From: a virus
DNA: 64,000 nucleotides
Reading direction: 5' to 3' (one strand)
IMG/VR virus record: IMGVR_UViG_3300046799_000011
Location: 1-64,000 of that record
Shown piece after piece: positions 30,931-40,944 of this stretch (position 1 is the first letter of the stretch; every line of letters starts with the position of its first letter). The position numbers were made by a program, and so were the translations under genes. Below the pieces are notes generated by a model. That model was not told the DNA's origin and ran no database searches. It saw only the letters and a program-made list of their open reading frames with translations.

Positions 30931-31461
30931 TTATTTCTCTTTCTTGTTTTTCTTAGTCCAGAAATCTCTACATATCTTTGAGCAATAAGGGAACCATTTA
31001 TGCGTTGATGGTGCCCCACACTGACATTGCATTAATCCTCCGTGCTGTATTCATCCAGGGTAGGCAGGAAGTCAATTACATCACCCTGGATTGTTTGGTA
31101 ACTCCAGTGCTTATCCTTGTCCGAAGTCTTGTATCGAATATCAAAAGACAGATATATTGCACCGCCACAACAAGAACCGCCCTCGGTGTCTGCCATTACC
31201 TCATCGAGTTCGGCAACAATAGCGTCAACCTTATGAATGGCCTTAAGGTACTGGATAAGGGCCGCGTTAATACGTGCTGTAATAGTCATTATATTCCTCC
31301 ATAGAGACAAGCAAGAACATCACCAGCAGAAGCATTATCGTTAGGAAATAGCTTTTCCAACGCGTCATATATTTCTTCCTGGTGCTTACTGAGAATAGTT
31401 TCTATGGAACTAGGTGCAATTCCATAGTTCTGAAGCATTTCCTTAGCGGTGTACTCGAAAC

Positions 31462-31872
31462 TCATCCTCTTACCTCTATAATCCTGTCCTTGAGTCCAGC
31501 GGCTATAGCCATGTCATAAGTCATCTGAGTCCCACGGTTTCCCGCGCCCTCTAGAAAGCAGGCTACCACGTAGTCAGGCTTCAGGTCAATCATCTTCCGA
31601 TTACGTTTTGCAAGTGCCCAACCCATGGGAATTTCAGTCGGATGGGGAATGACTTCCCAGCCTGCCCCTGCTGCCCAGGACGCGCCTATAAGGTCTGTCC
31701 CGCCCGCGAAGCACTCGCCATGGTGGAGAGTAAAGAATTCCTTAGCACCATACTCAGCAATTTCCCACGACTTAACGCCACATGACCATTGAAGAGTTTC
31801 CAAAGCTTCCCAGATAATTGGAGCCTTACCGATAGGCCAATCTCTAGATCCTGTTATTACTACGTTTATCAT
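31462..31872 (-). CDS. SLOG-family (DUF2493/YspA-like) protein
   Basis: VITGSRDW, HHG, GTD, RNRKM, GT. Confidence 0.75.
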   Translation of the reverse strand: MINVVITGSRDWPIGKAPIIWEALETLQWSCGVKSWEIAEYGAKEFFTLHHGECFAGGTDLIGASWAAGAGWEVIPHPTEIPMGWALAKRNRKMIDLKPDYVVACFLEGAGNRGTQMTYDMAIAAGLKDRIIEVRG

Positions 31873-32182
31873 TTTTCTGTACCGCCTTTCGTAGTTTGGC
31901 CATTCCTCCGACTTCGCCAATAGAAATAGCTTCCGCAGGAGTCAGGGTAAGAGTACCCGAAGAACTTTTATCTATCCAGGTAATGAAAACATCCTGATTA
32001 GAATTTATATGGACTGAAAGTCGTTCCACTACTTAGTTTCCTTACAATTATCGCAATACCACTTGCCTTCTCGATTAATGGTGACTCTCTTAAGTCTTCT
32101 TCCACAAGTACCACAGTGGGGTGTAGGCATTTATTCTCCTAAATAAGAAAGGGGCTACCTTTCGATAGCCCCTTTCTAGTGA

Positions 32183-33707
32183 TTACTTCTTCTTACGGTG
32201 GGTACCCTTACCGGCCGCCTTCTTCTCTGCGTCAGTAGCGGGGGTGAAAGACTTCTTCTTTTTCGCCGCCTTCTCGTAGACCGCGTCAATCATATCCGCA
32301 TCTGCCTGAAGTTGTTCCATCTCAGTCTTGGTCTTCAGCGGTTTGACGTTGTTAGCCTTGGCGTGCTTACCCGACTTTGCGTTGTCTGCCATGATTTCCT
32401 CCCCGGTTGTTGTAGGACTAGCTTACACGGCCTGCCAGTCCCACGCAACCTTACCGGCTGCGGTCAGGATCTTGACACGGCGCTGAGTAGGCTTGATCTT
32501 GTTAGGAGTCTTCTTACGCTTCTTAAGCGGCCCATTGTGGGTTCCGCCAGAATAGCGTCCTCGCTGCTTGGGGCAGGAGTACTTGTTCTTGATCCAACTG
32601 ACCGGCTCCATTGACCTCTCCTAATTTTCCTTGAAACCCTTACACTTACAATTCGGACCTTGGCACCACTTTATGTTTTTCTGGTAGCGGCCACCATGTA
32701 AATATCTTGCATGACCGCAACCCGAAGTCTTACATAAGTCCTTGCTTCTGTCCATCAGACCTTCTCAAGCTCCACAGTTGTCCTAATACGGTACATGGGA
32801 CGGACAGTCAGTTCGTAGACTACATAGGTATCAGCGGCATCGTCCTCCGCCATGTCCACAACATCTGTCTTAGCGTTGTCAATATCGGTATACCACTCGT
32901 ACTGAGGGGGAATACTACCATCCTCGGTGGCAATTGTGTAATAAGTCTCAGGAAGTGCCATTACCAAACCTCCGCTACTTCGATGGGTAGCCAGTCGGCT
33001 ACAAGTCCGTGATCTTCACGATAGTCGTCTAGATTATCATACTCGTCTATATCTTCTTTGCACACGGTTTCCATGAATTGGTATTCAAGGGCTTTTACCT
33101 GCTGCTCACCAATTCCGTTAACCATGCGAACGTTATTGCCTTCCTCATCTGAGGAAAGAACAAAAACGGTATCAGGATCAAACTGCTGTAAGGCTTCAAT
33201 AGCTTCTCGTACAGTTATCACAGAGTTCCCCGAATACGTTTCAGCGCAACGTTACAACACTTACACTGGTAGACGTCATTTCCTCGGAATTCCCAAAAAT
33301 GAAAACCAAATCGATGAATAAAGTTACGCATTGTCTCTCCTAAGTAGTTACCACCATAGTTCCACCACGTACTTACCGGTAGGAATCTCACCGATGTTGC
33401 ACAGCCACTGTAGCATGTGGTGAATCTGAGGAAGCTCATATGAATAGGTGTCATCCTCATCCAAATAGAACGGACCCTCACCCATAAGCCATCGAGCGAA
33501 ACTCTGATCTTCGTCGTCCTCAATCACGGCTCCGAGTTCAACCTCAGCTTCCACATAACTTCCATTATGGAAGCCATCATAGCCTGTGTCAAGCGCCCGC
33601 CAGGAAGCGCCAAAACCCTCCAGATGCATATTCACGAACTTATCCAGATTACCGCAGTCCACCAGGCGTGCATCCTCATACTTTAATTGGGGCTTATCCA
33701 TATTCAC
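32183..33707 (-). CDS. small hypothetical genes 32183-32392, 32423-32611 (both basic), 32755-32961, 32961-33221, 33348-33707
   Basis: Tiled ORFs; terminator 32146-32177. Confidence 0.6.
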
Positions 33708-33982
33708 CGTCTCCTCTGATATTCCGCTTTTACTGCTAAATACTGGTCTCTGTACATTTCCCTGTCAGAGCCGGGAAGGCGGGAATGTCTATCAAATAGT
33801 CTCATTCCCGCCTTCAGGTCTTCTAACGTCCACTCGGCCAGATTACCGAGCTTATCACGGCCCCTTGTTGATGTCATTGTAAATGCAGTTCGGGGTATGA
33901 CCTGGAAACTCAGTGCCACAGGCTATGCAATTCATCCCAATGCCATGAAGAATGGCCTGCCAAATCTTACGCATATAAACTC

Positions 33983-34684
33983 CTAGTTAAACGGCTCATC
34001 AGGAAAATCCTGATAGGTTTCTTTAGCAATAACACGAAGCTTAGCCAAAATCTCGGTAGCGAACTCTCTGATCTCAGCATCAGCATGAACACTATAGCGC
34101 TTGTGCAGCATGTCACGCCAGGCTCTGTGATTGCCTGTAACTACTATACGTGTTTCCGTGCTTCCTGGCAAGATGCCTCGGGCAGCTTCACGGGCCTGCT
34201 TACGTGTCTTGCCCTCTCCCTGGAGAACTGTCACCAGATCCGTATACACATCGGTAACTTCTTGCTCCATGGAACCTACTGCCGAAACGCCCCCCTCACG
34301 CAGGGCAGGGTGAATGACGTTTTTGGCATCCTCCATATTAACAAAGCGCTGAGACAACTCACTGTAGCTTAGGTGTCTGTGTCGGATCAACTCGTGCGTC
34401 AGATTACGGCTTACGCCTTCAACATAGAAGGTTGCAGTGCCGTGTTCGAGAACAGAATAGTGCTGCTGCTTCAGGATATTGGCAATATAGCCTTCATCAG
34501 TTGCTGTTTCTGGATTAGGCATATTCCAGGACTGGTAACAAGAACGCCCCGCAAAATGTGCGAGGCGATCTGCGTCATTCCCAAATATGCCCTCTTCGGA
34601 TTCATCGAACTTAATGAATTCAGTATCTGCAATAGATTCAGGCCACGTCTCAATATGAGTTCGGGCCAAGAGGGTTATCTTCAA
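33983..34684 (-). CDS. thyX: flavin-dependent thymidylate synthase
   Basis: HYSVLEH; RHRHLSYSELSQR; AREAAR; HADAEIR. Confidence 0.95.
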   Translation of the reverse strand: MKITLLARTHIETWPESIADTEFIKFDESEEGIFGNDADRLAHFAGRSCYQSWNMPNPETATDEGYIANILKQQHYSVLEHGTATFYVEGVSRNLTHELIRHRHLSYSELSQRFVNMEDAKNVIHPALREGGVSAVGSMEQEVTDVYTDLVTVLQGEGKTRKQAREAARGILPGSTETRIVVTGNHRAWRDMLHKRYSVHADAEIREFATEILAKLRVIAKETYQDFPDEPFN

Positions 34685-34853
34685 TTACTTTACCTTTGTA
34701 TAGTTCTGTGCGAGTTGACTGTAAGTAACGGTAATACCACCAGGATTCAAAGTTACTACCGAATTACCACGGGATACGCTGGCTACTGTGTAAACTTCAT
34801 CCTTGATCTGATTGTGCGTGTACTTCTCGCCCTTTGCAGGCATCGTTACTCCC

Positions 34854-35321
34854 TTATGTAGAATACTTATCCACGCGATTGTCTAAATCTCGTCTTGCTA
34901 TTCTGCGTGATAGTTCTCTGGATACTACCTTGGATGCAGCCTCCAGGTGGGTATACTCCGATTTTGATAATTTCGTTACAGCATATGCTAGCTCAACCGC
35001 GTCTTCCGCGTCAAGGTACTCTTCTTCCTGCTGAACCATAGCCTTTGTAGCTGCTACAGTCTTTTCCTTCTTATGCATGATGCTATAGCGATCAAACGTT
35101 CTCTGTAATAGCCGATCAGCCCTACGCTCCGCAATCTCATTCAGAGCCACTTGGTACCCAGCGTAGCCGGTCCAGTTGGTGAAGTCAACCAGAAGATCCA
35201 TTAGTACCGCGTCAGGTAGGTCGGACAATCCGGGCGGAAGTACTGGTTGGTCTTCTGATGGTTTTTCTCTCAGAGTTGTCGTTGTTAACCAACCGCTCTG
35301 AATTGGACTTATTCTTGCCAT
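34854..35321 (-). CDS. coiled-coil protein, possibly UvsY-like recombination mediator
   Basis: Helical; lies in the recombination cluster; function is inference. Confidence 0.4.
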   Translation of the reverse strand: MARISPIQSGWLTTTTLREKPSEDQPVLPPGLSDLPDAVLMDLLVDFTNWTGYAGYQVALNEIAERRADRLLQRTFDRYSIMHKKEKTVAATKAMVQQEEEYLDAEDAVELAYAVTKLSKSEYTHLEAASKVVSRELSRRIARRDLDNRVDKYST

Positions 35322-36246
35322 ATTGCTCGCAATCTTTACACGTAGTCCCAGTAACACATTCAGGGGGAGCCATATGTCCATCCAAGGCACCCTTTATGAA
35401 ATAACACTTGGTAATAACTTCGTCAGAGTGGTTGGGATCATACTTGACCACAAATTCCTTGACGCCCTGATTGAACTTCGCTTCATAGATAAAGATAATC
35501 TTATCGAATGGCAGACCCATTATGTTACAAAGACGCAAGTACAATTGTCCCTGATTTATATGAGAGGGGAAAGGCTCCTTTATATCCTTCCAAAGCCCCT
35601 GAAGATCAATCTTCTGCCCCTCGGTGTTCTTGGCATAAATATCAGGTGCTTCTATTCTAACCGTACCCGCTCCTACCGACTTTATCTCGATAAGGGCATT
35701 CAAATGAGGAACAGCACCATCCGCGTGGCCCTTGATAAGATACTCATCTGCTGACAAAGGTACTTCGGTATATATGACGGTATTTCTATGCGCTTCCCAG
35801 TCCTCAGGATAAACACCAGAGCGACAAGAGTTTACATTAGGACAACGAACAGGAGAAGTATCTTCCCAAGTAGTGTCACACAGCACGCAATGCCAATTGC
35901 CCCACAGCTTACCCATTTTCTGAAGTCGCTTCTGCCACTTGTCGTGGATGTGGTGACCCTCATCAAAGATGTTGAGTAGCTGGACACCTACACTCTCAGC
36001 GGGCTTGAGAAAGGGGTTAGATGCCTCTCTACAGGCCAAAATCCGGTAGTAGGTAGCCCGGGGACACCAGGAGGATTTGACAGTCTCAGACGGGTGCACA
36101 ATGTCTTGACGACGGGTAGACGGCTTGGCATGTTCCTTCAGCATGTGAGCTTGAATATCTCCCAGGAGAATAGTTCCCTTGGAAGCGTTAGCATAGTTGG
36201 CTAGATTTCCTGAGAGTTTTGGTCCCCAGCCGGATTTGATTGCCAA
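35212..36246 (-). CDS. Cas4-like PD-(D/E)XK exonuclease
   Basis: HPS...CPR, GHADG, EIKS, Q.QLY, C-terminal C..CKDC. Confidence 0.85.
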   Translation of the reverse strand: MAIKSGWGPKLSGNLANYANASKGTILLGDIQAHMLKEHAKPSTRRQDIVHPSETVKSSWCPRATYYRILACREASNPFLKPAESVGVQLLNIFDEGHHIHDKWQKRLQKMGKLWGNWHCVLCDTTWEDTSPVRCPNVNSCRSGVYPEDWEAHRNTVIYTEVPLSADEYLIKGHADGAVPHLNALIEIKSVGAGTVRIEAPDIYAKNTEGQKIDLQGLWKDIKEPFPSHINQGQLYLRLCNIMGLPFDKIIFIYEAKFNQGVKEFVVKYDPNHSDEVITKCYFIKGALDGHMAPPECVTGTTCKDCEQYGKNKSNSERLVNNDNSERKTIRRPTSTSARIVRPT

Positions 36247-36548
36247 GTTCTTCTTTCCTTTCGTAGTTTAGCTCTTTCATCTGGAGCTTTTCCTCCCCAG
36301 ACTCCCCACCGCTCATTATTTACTAAGGCGAATTCTAAACAGCCCGCTAGTAAGGGGCAAGGTCTTCCATCATCTATGCCTAAGCATATTTTCTTGGCCT
36401 CTTCTGTCTCATCCAAGGCTTCAGGATCATCCGATTCTCCATACCACGGATCATAGGCTGCCGTAGCGGGAAACAATACACACTTAGCGGTTTTCTGCGG
36501 ATCATCATGAAACCATTGGGGTGCAACACTACGTAACTTCATTACCAA
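36201..36548 (-). CDS. whiB: WhiB-family Fe-S transcription factor
   Basis: C...AKKIC...CP....CLEFAL...GVWGG....ER. Confidence 0.9.
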   Translation of the reverse strand: MVMKLRSVAPQWFHDDPQKTAKCVLFPATAAYDPWYGESDDPEALDETEEAKKICLGIDDGRPCPLLAGCLEFALVNNERWGVWGGKAPDERAKLRKERRTWQSNPAGDQNSQEI

Positions 36549-36861
36549 TATCGGCTTCTTCCCTTAGAGATAGGTAATCTTCCTTGGAAAGAATTACCCA
36601 TGCATTACCAGTAGATTTGAACTCTACCATGAAAACTGATATTCGTCCATCCACTAGCGCATAGTTATAATTCTTCTCAAGTTCCGCATCTTTAAGAGAA
36701 TAAGATTTAGCTGATGTTATCTTTAATTCAAATAGTTCATTCTCCGTTCTTACATCGCCCTTTCTTACCCAACCATTGCCTGAGCCAGAATTGACAGAAG
36801 CCCCCGCTAGTTGCCTAGCGAGGGCCCTTTCCTGTCTCTGGCTGTCTTTTACGTCAGCCAT
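36529..36861 (-). CDS. small PD-(D/E)XK nuclease (Hjc-like resolvase)
   Basis: QER..A, SGSG...KGDV, ELKIT. Confidence 0.7.
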   Translation of the reverse strand: MADVKDSQRQERALARQLAGASVNSGSGNGWVRKGDVRTENELFELKITSAKSYSLKDAELEKNYNYALVDGRISVFMVEFKSTGNAWVILSKEDYLSLREEADIGNEVT

Positions 36862-37005
36862 TTGTTTCCTTACTTCTTTGCGTCATTCCAGGACTTCGTA
36901 TTGATGTTGTAGATCTGTACCTTACCGCAACCGGAGTTACGGCACTTGGATACATGACCAGATACAACGTAGTTATGTCCTGCTGGATTAGTACAGTCAT
37001 GCCTC

Positions 37006-37290
37006 TCAGGCATCGATCTCCTTCTTAATGTCCTTTGCCTTACTGGTAAAAGCCAGGCGGATAGTGTCACGAATAGCTCCGACACCGAACTTAAGGCCAC
37101 CGAAAGCAGGCCAACCCACAGTCACAAACCCACGGTAAAAACCGCAGACAATAAGACCAAGATCGTGACCATACTTCTTACGGTACGCCTTGAGACTCGG
37201 ACCGTTGTCAAGAATGTCACTCAGCGATGTGAAGAAACCGATCAGGTATACAATACCCGCACCAATTTCGCCCACAAGAATCCAGCTCAT
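37006..37290 (-). CDS. membrane protein
   Basis: Hydrophobic segments. Confidence 0.55.
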   Translation of the reverse strand: MSWILVGEIGAGIVYLIGFFTSLSDILDNGPSLKAYRKKYGHDLGLIVCGFYRGFVTVGWPAFGGLKFGVGAIRDTIRLAFTSKAKDIKKEIDA

Positions 37291-37365
37291 TTACTTATCT
37301 CCTAGTTGAAGTGAGTCTTCTACCCACTTAAGCCAGTACCCATTGATCAGGTACTGGCAGTGGTA

Positions 37366-37782
37366 TTACTTGGATCCGTCCGAAGTGCCTTGGAAGTCAA
37401 CGTCTGGGATGAGAGTAGCCGGACGGAACACCACTCGGTAGTGATATCCGCTGGCCTTAACCGGTGAACCCTGCTCCACTGTGTACGTCACATTGTCAGA
37501 CATTCCAGCATAGAACTTCTTGTACTGACTGGGACCAGTCTTACAGGTAACTGCAAGGTTCTTCGGGTCATCGATATTGATAGAGCAAGCTCCAGTGATA
37601 ACCAGAAGGTACTTATCAGTAATACCGTTGATCACCGTAATCCTACGATTAACTTCAAAGTGATCAGCAGCCTTGGACACGTTACTAGATGCTGTGTCTG
37701 CTTCGCTACTACAAGCAGTAGCACCAATTCCCAAAGCGGTTGCAACAAGAGTAGCAGCCACAAGCTTACACGTGCGGTTCAT
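37366..37782 (-). CDS. conserved phage lipoprotein
   Basis: Lipobox ATAC; AD.FEV.RRI..INGITDKYLL...G.CS. Confidence 0.75.
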   Translation of the reverse strand: MNRTCKLVAATLVATALGIGATACSSEADTASSNVSKAADHFEVNRRITVINGITDKYLLVITGACSINIDDPKNLAVTCKTGPSQYKKFYAGMSDNVTYTVEQGSPVKASGYHYRVVFRPATLIPDVDFQGTSDGSK

Positions 37783-38403
37783 TTACTTAATCTCCCACTT
37801 GTGTATGTCGTCGTTTTCTAGAAGGACTTTGTAACTCGCGTTCAGCTCTCGGAGATACACTACCATGCCCTCTGACTTAAAGCCAGAGACTGCCTTGGAA
37901 CCGTTCTGGTCAAGGTCATCCCGCAGACCAGTAACATCAAGATCGTAGAACTGACCAGCGAACAAGGTAGGAACGATGTAAAGATTAGCAATCTCGGATC
38001 GTGCCTCTGTGTGATGCAATGTCTCATACCAACGAGGGGCATTGAAGAGACTGAAACGCTTCTCCTTGAGCCCATAACCTCGCTGGATACCCAAGCCCCA
38101 CCACTCTCCGTAGTGGTCCCCAGATCCTAGCACACTGACAAGACTGTGCGCATTGTCGTACACCCAACGAGCAAATCCGAAGTTGTCCTTCTCCTTTACG
38201 GGCTGAAGGAGCCGCTTACGGGACTGAGCCCAGATGGTGTACTGATCTCCATCGATAGAGACTGTATCAACCTGGTCGGTACGATCATCATCGATATTGA
38301 ATGGACGAATACGTACACAGGAATTGGAACCGTCAATCTTCTCTGTGACCGTTACCTTTTCCTTGGAAAGGCGTGGAATAGAAGGCCACGACTTGAACTC
38401 CAT
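37783..38403 (-). CDS. RNA ligase (Rnl2-like)
   Basis: TEKIDGSN, GEWWG.GIQ, F.LFN, EGMVV. Confidence 0.85.
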   Translation of the reverse strand: MEFKSWPSIPRLSKEKVTVTEKIDGSNSCVRIRPFNIDDDRTDQVDTVSIDGDQYTIWAQSRKRLLQPVKEKDNFGFARWVYDNAHSLVSVLGSGDHYGEWWGLGIQRGYGLKEKRFSLFNAPRWYETLHHTEARSEIANLYIVPTLFAGQFYDLDVTGLRDDLDQNGSKAVSGFKSEGMVVYLRELNASYKVLLENDDIHKWEIK

Positions 38404-38658
38404 TTGTTATTTCTCCTTTAGTCCTTAGCCGCGCGTATGGCGGTACCGAAAGCTACCATCATCATACCCGCGTCATACATATCCTGGTCTTCCTCATTGG
38501 CAAACTCAGGGTGCTCGTAGTCCACCAGCGCGTCAATCTCCTCATAAGTCAGCTCCGGATTCTCTGCCTCCTTGAGGGTAAACAGCCCAACAAATCGGGC
38601 AAACTCATTCTCGGCCAGCTTAACCGCTTCCGCAAAATCCATTGCTATCTCCTTTGAA

Positions 38659-39042
38659 TTAGATGTACGGCTGAAGTACCGTTGTCAGGTCTACTGTACT
38701 ACCGTAGGTGGAAGGAATCAAGACCCCCTTGGTAATGCGGTTGGCCATGTTGGTTACCTTCTCAATGATGGTATAGGTGAACCCACCAGGATGCAACTCG
38801 TCGTTGTCTGTGCAAGGCAGTGTCAGACTGAAGGTACCAGGCCCGCTACTGTTGGGGGTTCCACCCAAGGAGCCGGGAAGTACAGCTACAAAGGGTGGGA
38901 TGGTAATGAATTGATCATCAGTTGCATCAGATAAAGAAGGAAGAGAGGGAATGAACTGTACTGTTCCGTTCTCCCCTGCTCCACTAATGAAATTGATGTA
39001 CTTCCCTGTCACAATAATAGTTTTTGCACCAGTAATAGTCAT
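38659..39042 (-). CDS. stand-alone domain resembling actinophage tail-protein N-termini
   Basis: VTG.Y...G.V.F.P...G.FS.TL..TD...P.GFTY. Confidence 0.5.
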   Translation of the reverse strand: MTITGAKTIIVTGKYINFISGAGENGTVQFIPSLPSLSDATDDQFITIPPFVAVLPGSLGGTPNSSGPGTFSLTLPCTDNDELHPGGFTYTIIEKVTNMANRITKGVLIPSTYGSTVDLTTVLQPYI

Positions 39043-39055
39043 AGGGTTTCCTTAA

Positions 39056-40087
39056 TTAAGAATTAATGTCTATGACTAGTCTATACAATTCTTCCTGGAG
39101 ATCCATATCTTCACGTACAGCATCCTGTACAGCGGGTACACCATTCCACTTAAGCTCATTGAAATAGAACCAACCACCCTTTTGGGTAATGATTTTATAT
39201 CTACGGGCAAGGATAACCAAGTCCTTGGCAATATCAATTTCTCCCGCACGAAATCCCTTCTGGGAGTCAGCAAAGTAGAAGTCATAAGTACCTACCTGCT
39301 TGGGAGATCCTGCCTTGTTCTTAATGGTCTGAATCTTAATGGTCTGGCCTACGTAGAAGTCACCAGGATAACCTTCAAGCTTCTCCTTGATCCATTCATC
39401 CCGACTTACCTCTACCCGCTGATAGAAGGAGAAGTTCTTAGCCTTTCCTCCTGGGGTAGTTCTGGGGTCACCATGCATTACCCCGATCTTTTCACGGAAT
39501 TGATTAACCATAAAGCCTGTGTAAGGGCGCTCAGCACTAAAAGTACTTCCCATCTTGCGGAAGAACTTACCAAGCACCCTTGCGCCAGGCGCTACTACTA
39601 TGTCATCCATGCCCTTTATGTCTTCCTGATCCGCAATCAATGCAGGATAGGAGTCAACAACAATCAAGTCATAGCAATGAGAATTAGCGGCGTCAAGTAC
39701 AGCTTGAAGTCCAAGCTCCATGTGCTGAGTTTCCAGTACAGTTACTCGGTCATTATCAATACCGATTATCTCTGCCCATTCAACATCATAAGGTTCAGCG
39801 GCAAGCCAGAATACCATGAACTCGGGGTTAATCTTCTGGTTGTAGGCAATCGTATTCAGAATAGAGGTAGTCTTACCACTACTCTCATTACCATAGACCT
39901 CTACCCACCTGTTACCTGACCAGCCACCATTCAATGACAGATCCACTGAGCCGATACCAGACTTCAGTCTGGGAGCAATGAACATATCAGACGCAGTTAT
40001 AAGTTTGGGTATACCTGCCTTCTCCAGTTTCTTATTCTGGGAAGCCAGGAATACGGCTAAGTCATTATTCAATGAGGTACCTTCCAT
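39056..40087 (-). CDS. recA: RecA-like recombinase
   Basis: GNESSGKTT, VVDS, NQFREKIGVMHGDPRTTPGG, KNK. Confidence 0.95.
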   Translation of the reverse strand: MEGTSLNNDLAVFLASQNKKLEKAGIPKLITASDMFIAPRLKSGIGSVDLSLNGGWSGNRWVEVYGNESSGKTTSILNTIAYNQKINPEFMVFWLAAEPYDVEWAEIIGIDNDRVTVLETQHMELGLQAVLDAANSHCYDLIVVDSYPALIADQEDIKGMDDIVVAPGARVLGKFFRKMGSTFSAERPYTGFMVNQFREKIGVMHGDPRTTPGGKAKNFSFYQRVEVSRDEWIKEKLEGYPGDFYVGQTIKIQTIKNKAGSPKQVGTYDFYFADSQKGFRAGEIDIAKDLVILARRYKIITQKGGWFYFNELKWNGVPAVQDAVREDMDLQEELYRLVIDINS

Positions 40088-40114
40088 AAATAACGTAAGG
40101 GCTAGTAGAAGATA

Positions 40115-40143
40115 ACTCTACTAGCCCTTACTGATTGTGTCAA
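40115..40143 (-). promoter_or_regulatory. recA promoter embedded in an inverted repeat
   Basis: TTGACA-N17-TAGAGT; IR gtaagggctagtaga/tctactagcccttac. Confidence 0.65.
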
Positions 40144-40944
40144 GCCTTGTTAGTGCAACTTTTCGCAGGCTAGACGGCTACACCGATGTTCCTCACACCA
40201 CATTGTTTCTCCTAATTAAGCTAGTGGACCAGTGAACTGGTGTCGTGCATGATAAATGTTAGTGCGCTGGAATTTCTGTGACCGCTTACCTTCAGGATTC
40301 CTACGCTGCTCACGATTAGCGGGATCGGATTCGAAAGGCTTCTCAGTCTCAAGAAACTCAGCCACTTCGAAAAGAAACATCGCATTGTCAAGACGAGTAA
40401 ACATCTTCTGCTCCCTGTGTAGGCAATTCATTATAGAATCCTGCTCGTTGTACGGCTCCGCAAGAACAATACCTACGGCAGGCTTCAACGAAACGGTGCT
40501 GGCCATTTACCATACCACTACGAATACCCAGCTTTTCCCAGCGTCCCCAGAGATGTGAATGCCCTGAGGACTTCTTTCTCTTCCGTCTAGTGAGCAAGCC
40601 TACTCCCCTACTCATTCCAGTAGGGGCAGGTCTGCGTGTCTTCGTACTCGGCCAATTCCTTAAGAATCTCTGGAAGATCCCAGTCATTTGTATAGCACCA
40701 ATAATGTTCTGATACGCCACAGGCACAAGAAATGGTAAAGGCTGTTGAAAAGCCATCATCACGAGTGTACTCCGAGTAACAACCACACAACCATTCGAAA
40801 ATAGCAGGCGTAGCGGTCACAGTGGGGCACAGGATGAGATGGTTGTACTTATGGTAGTACTGCATGTCTGTACGGTAATGGTGCTGACTCTTGTACTTAT
40901 CCAGAGCCCATAGTGCCACCAGCTCATCCGCATTCATTTCTCTC

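Noticed and set aside
35212-36246. Cas4 as part of a CRISPR-Cas locus
   Set aside because: No other cas genes or array; solo Cas4-like nucleases are common in phage recombination modules.
37321-37366. Hairpin between the lipoprotein and membrane genes as a member of the RNase III-type family (likewise 10071-10103)
   Set aside because: Lacks the N6/U.U geometry; left unassigned.
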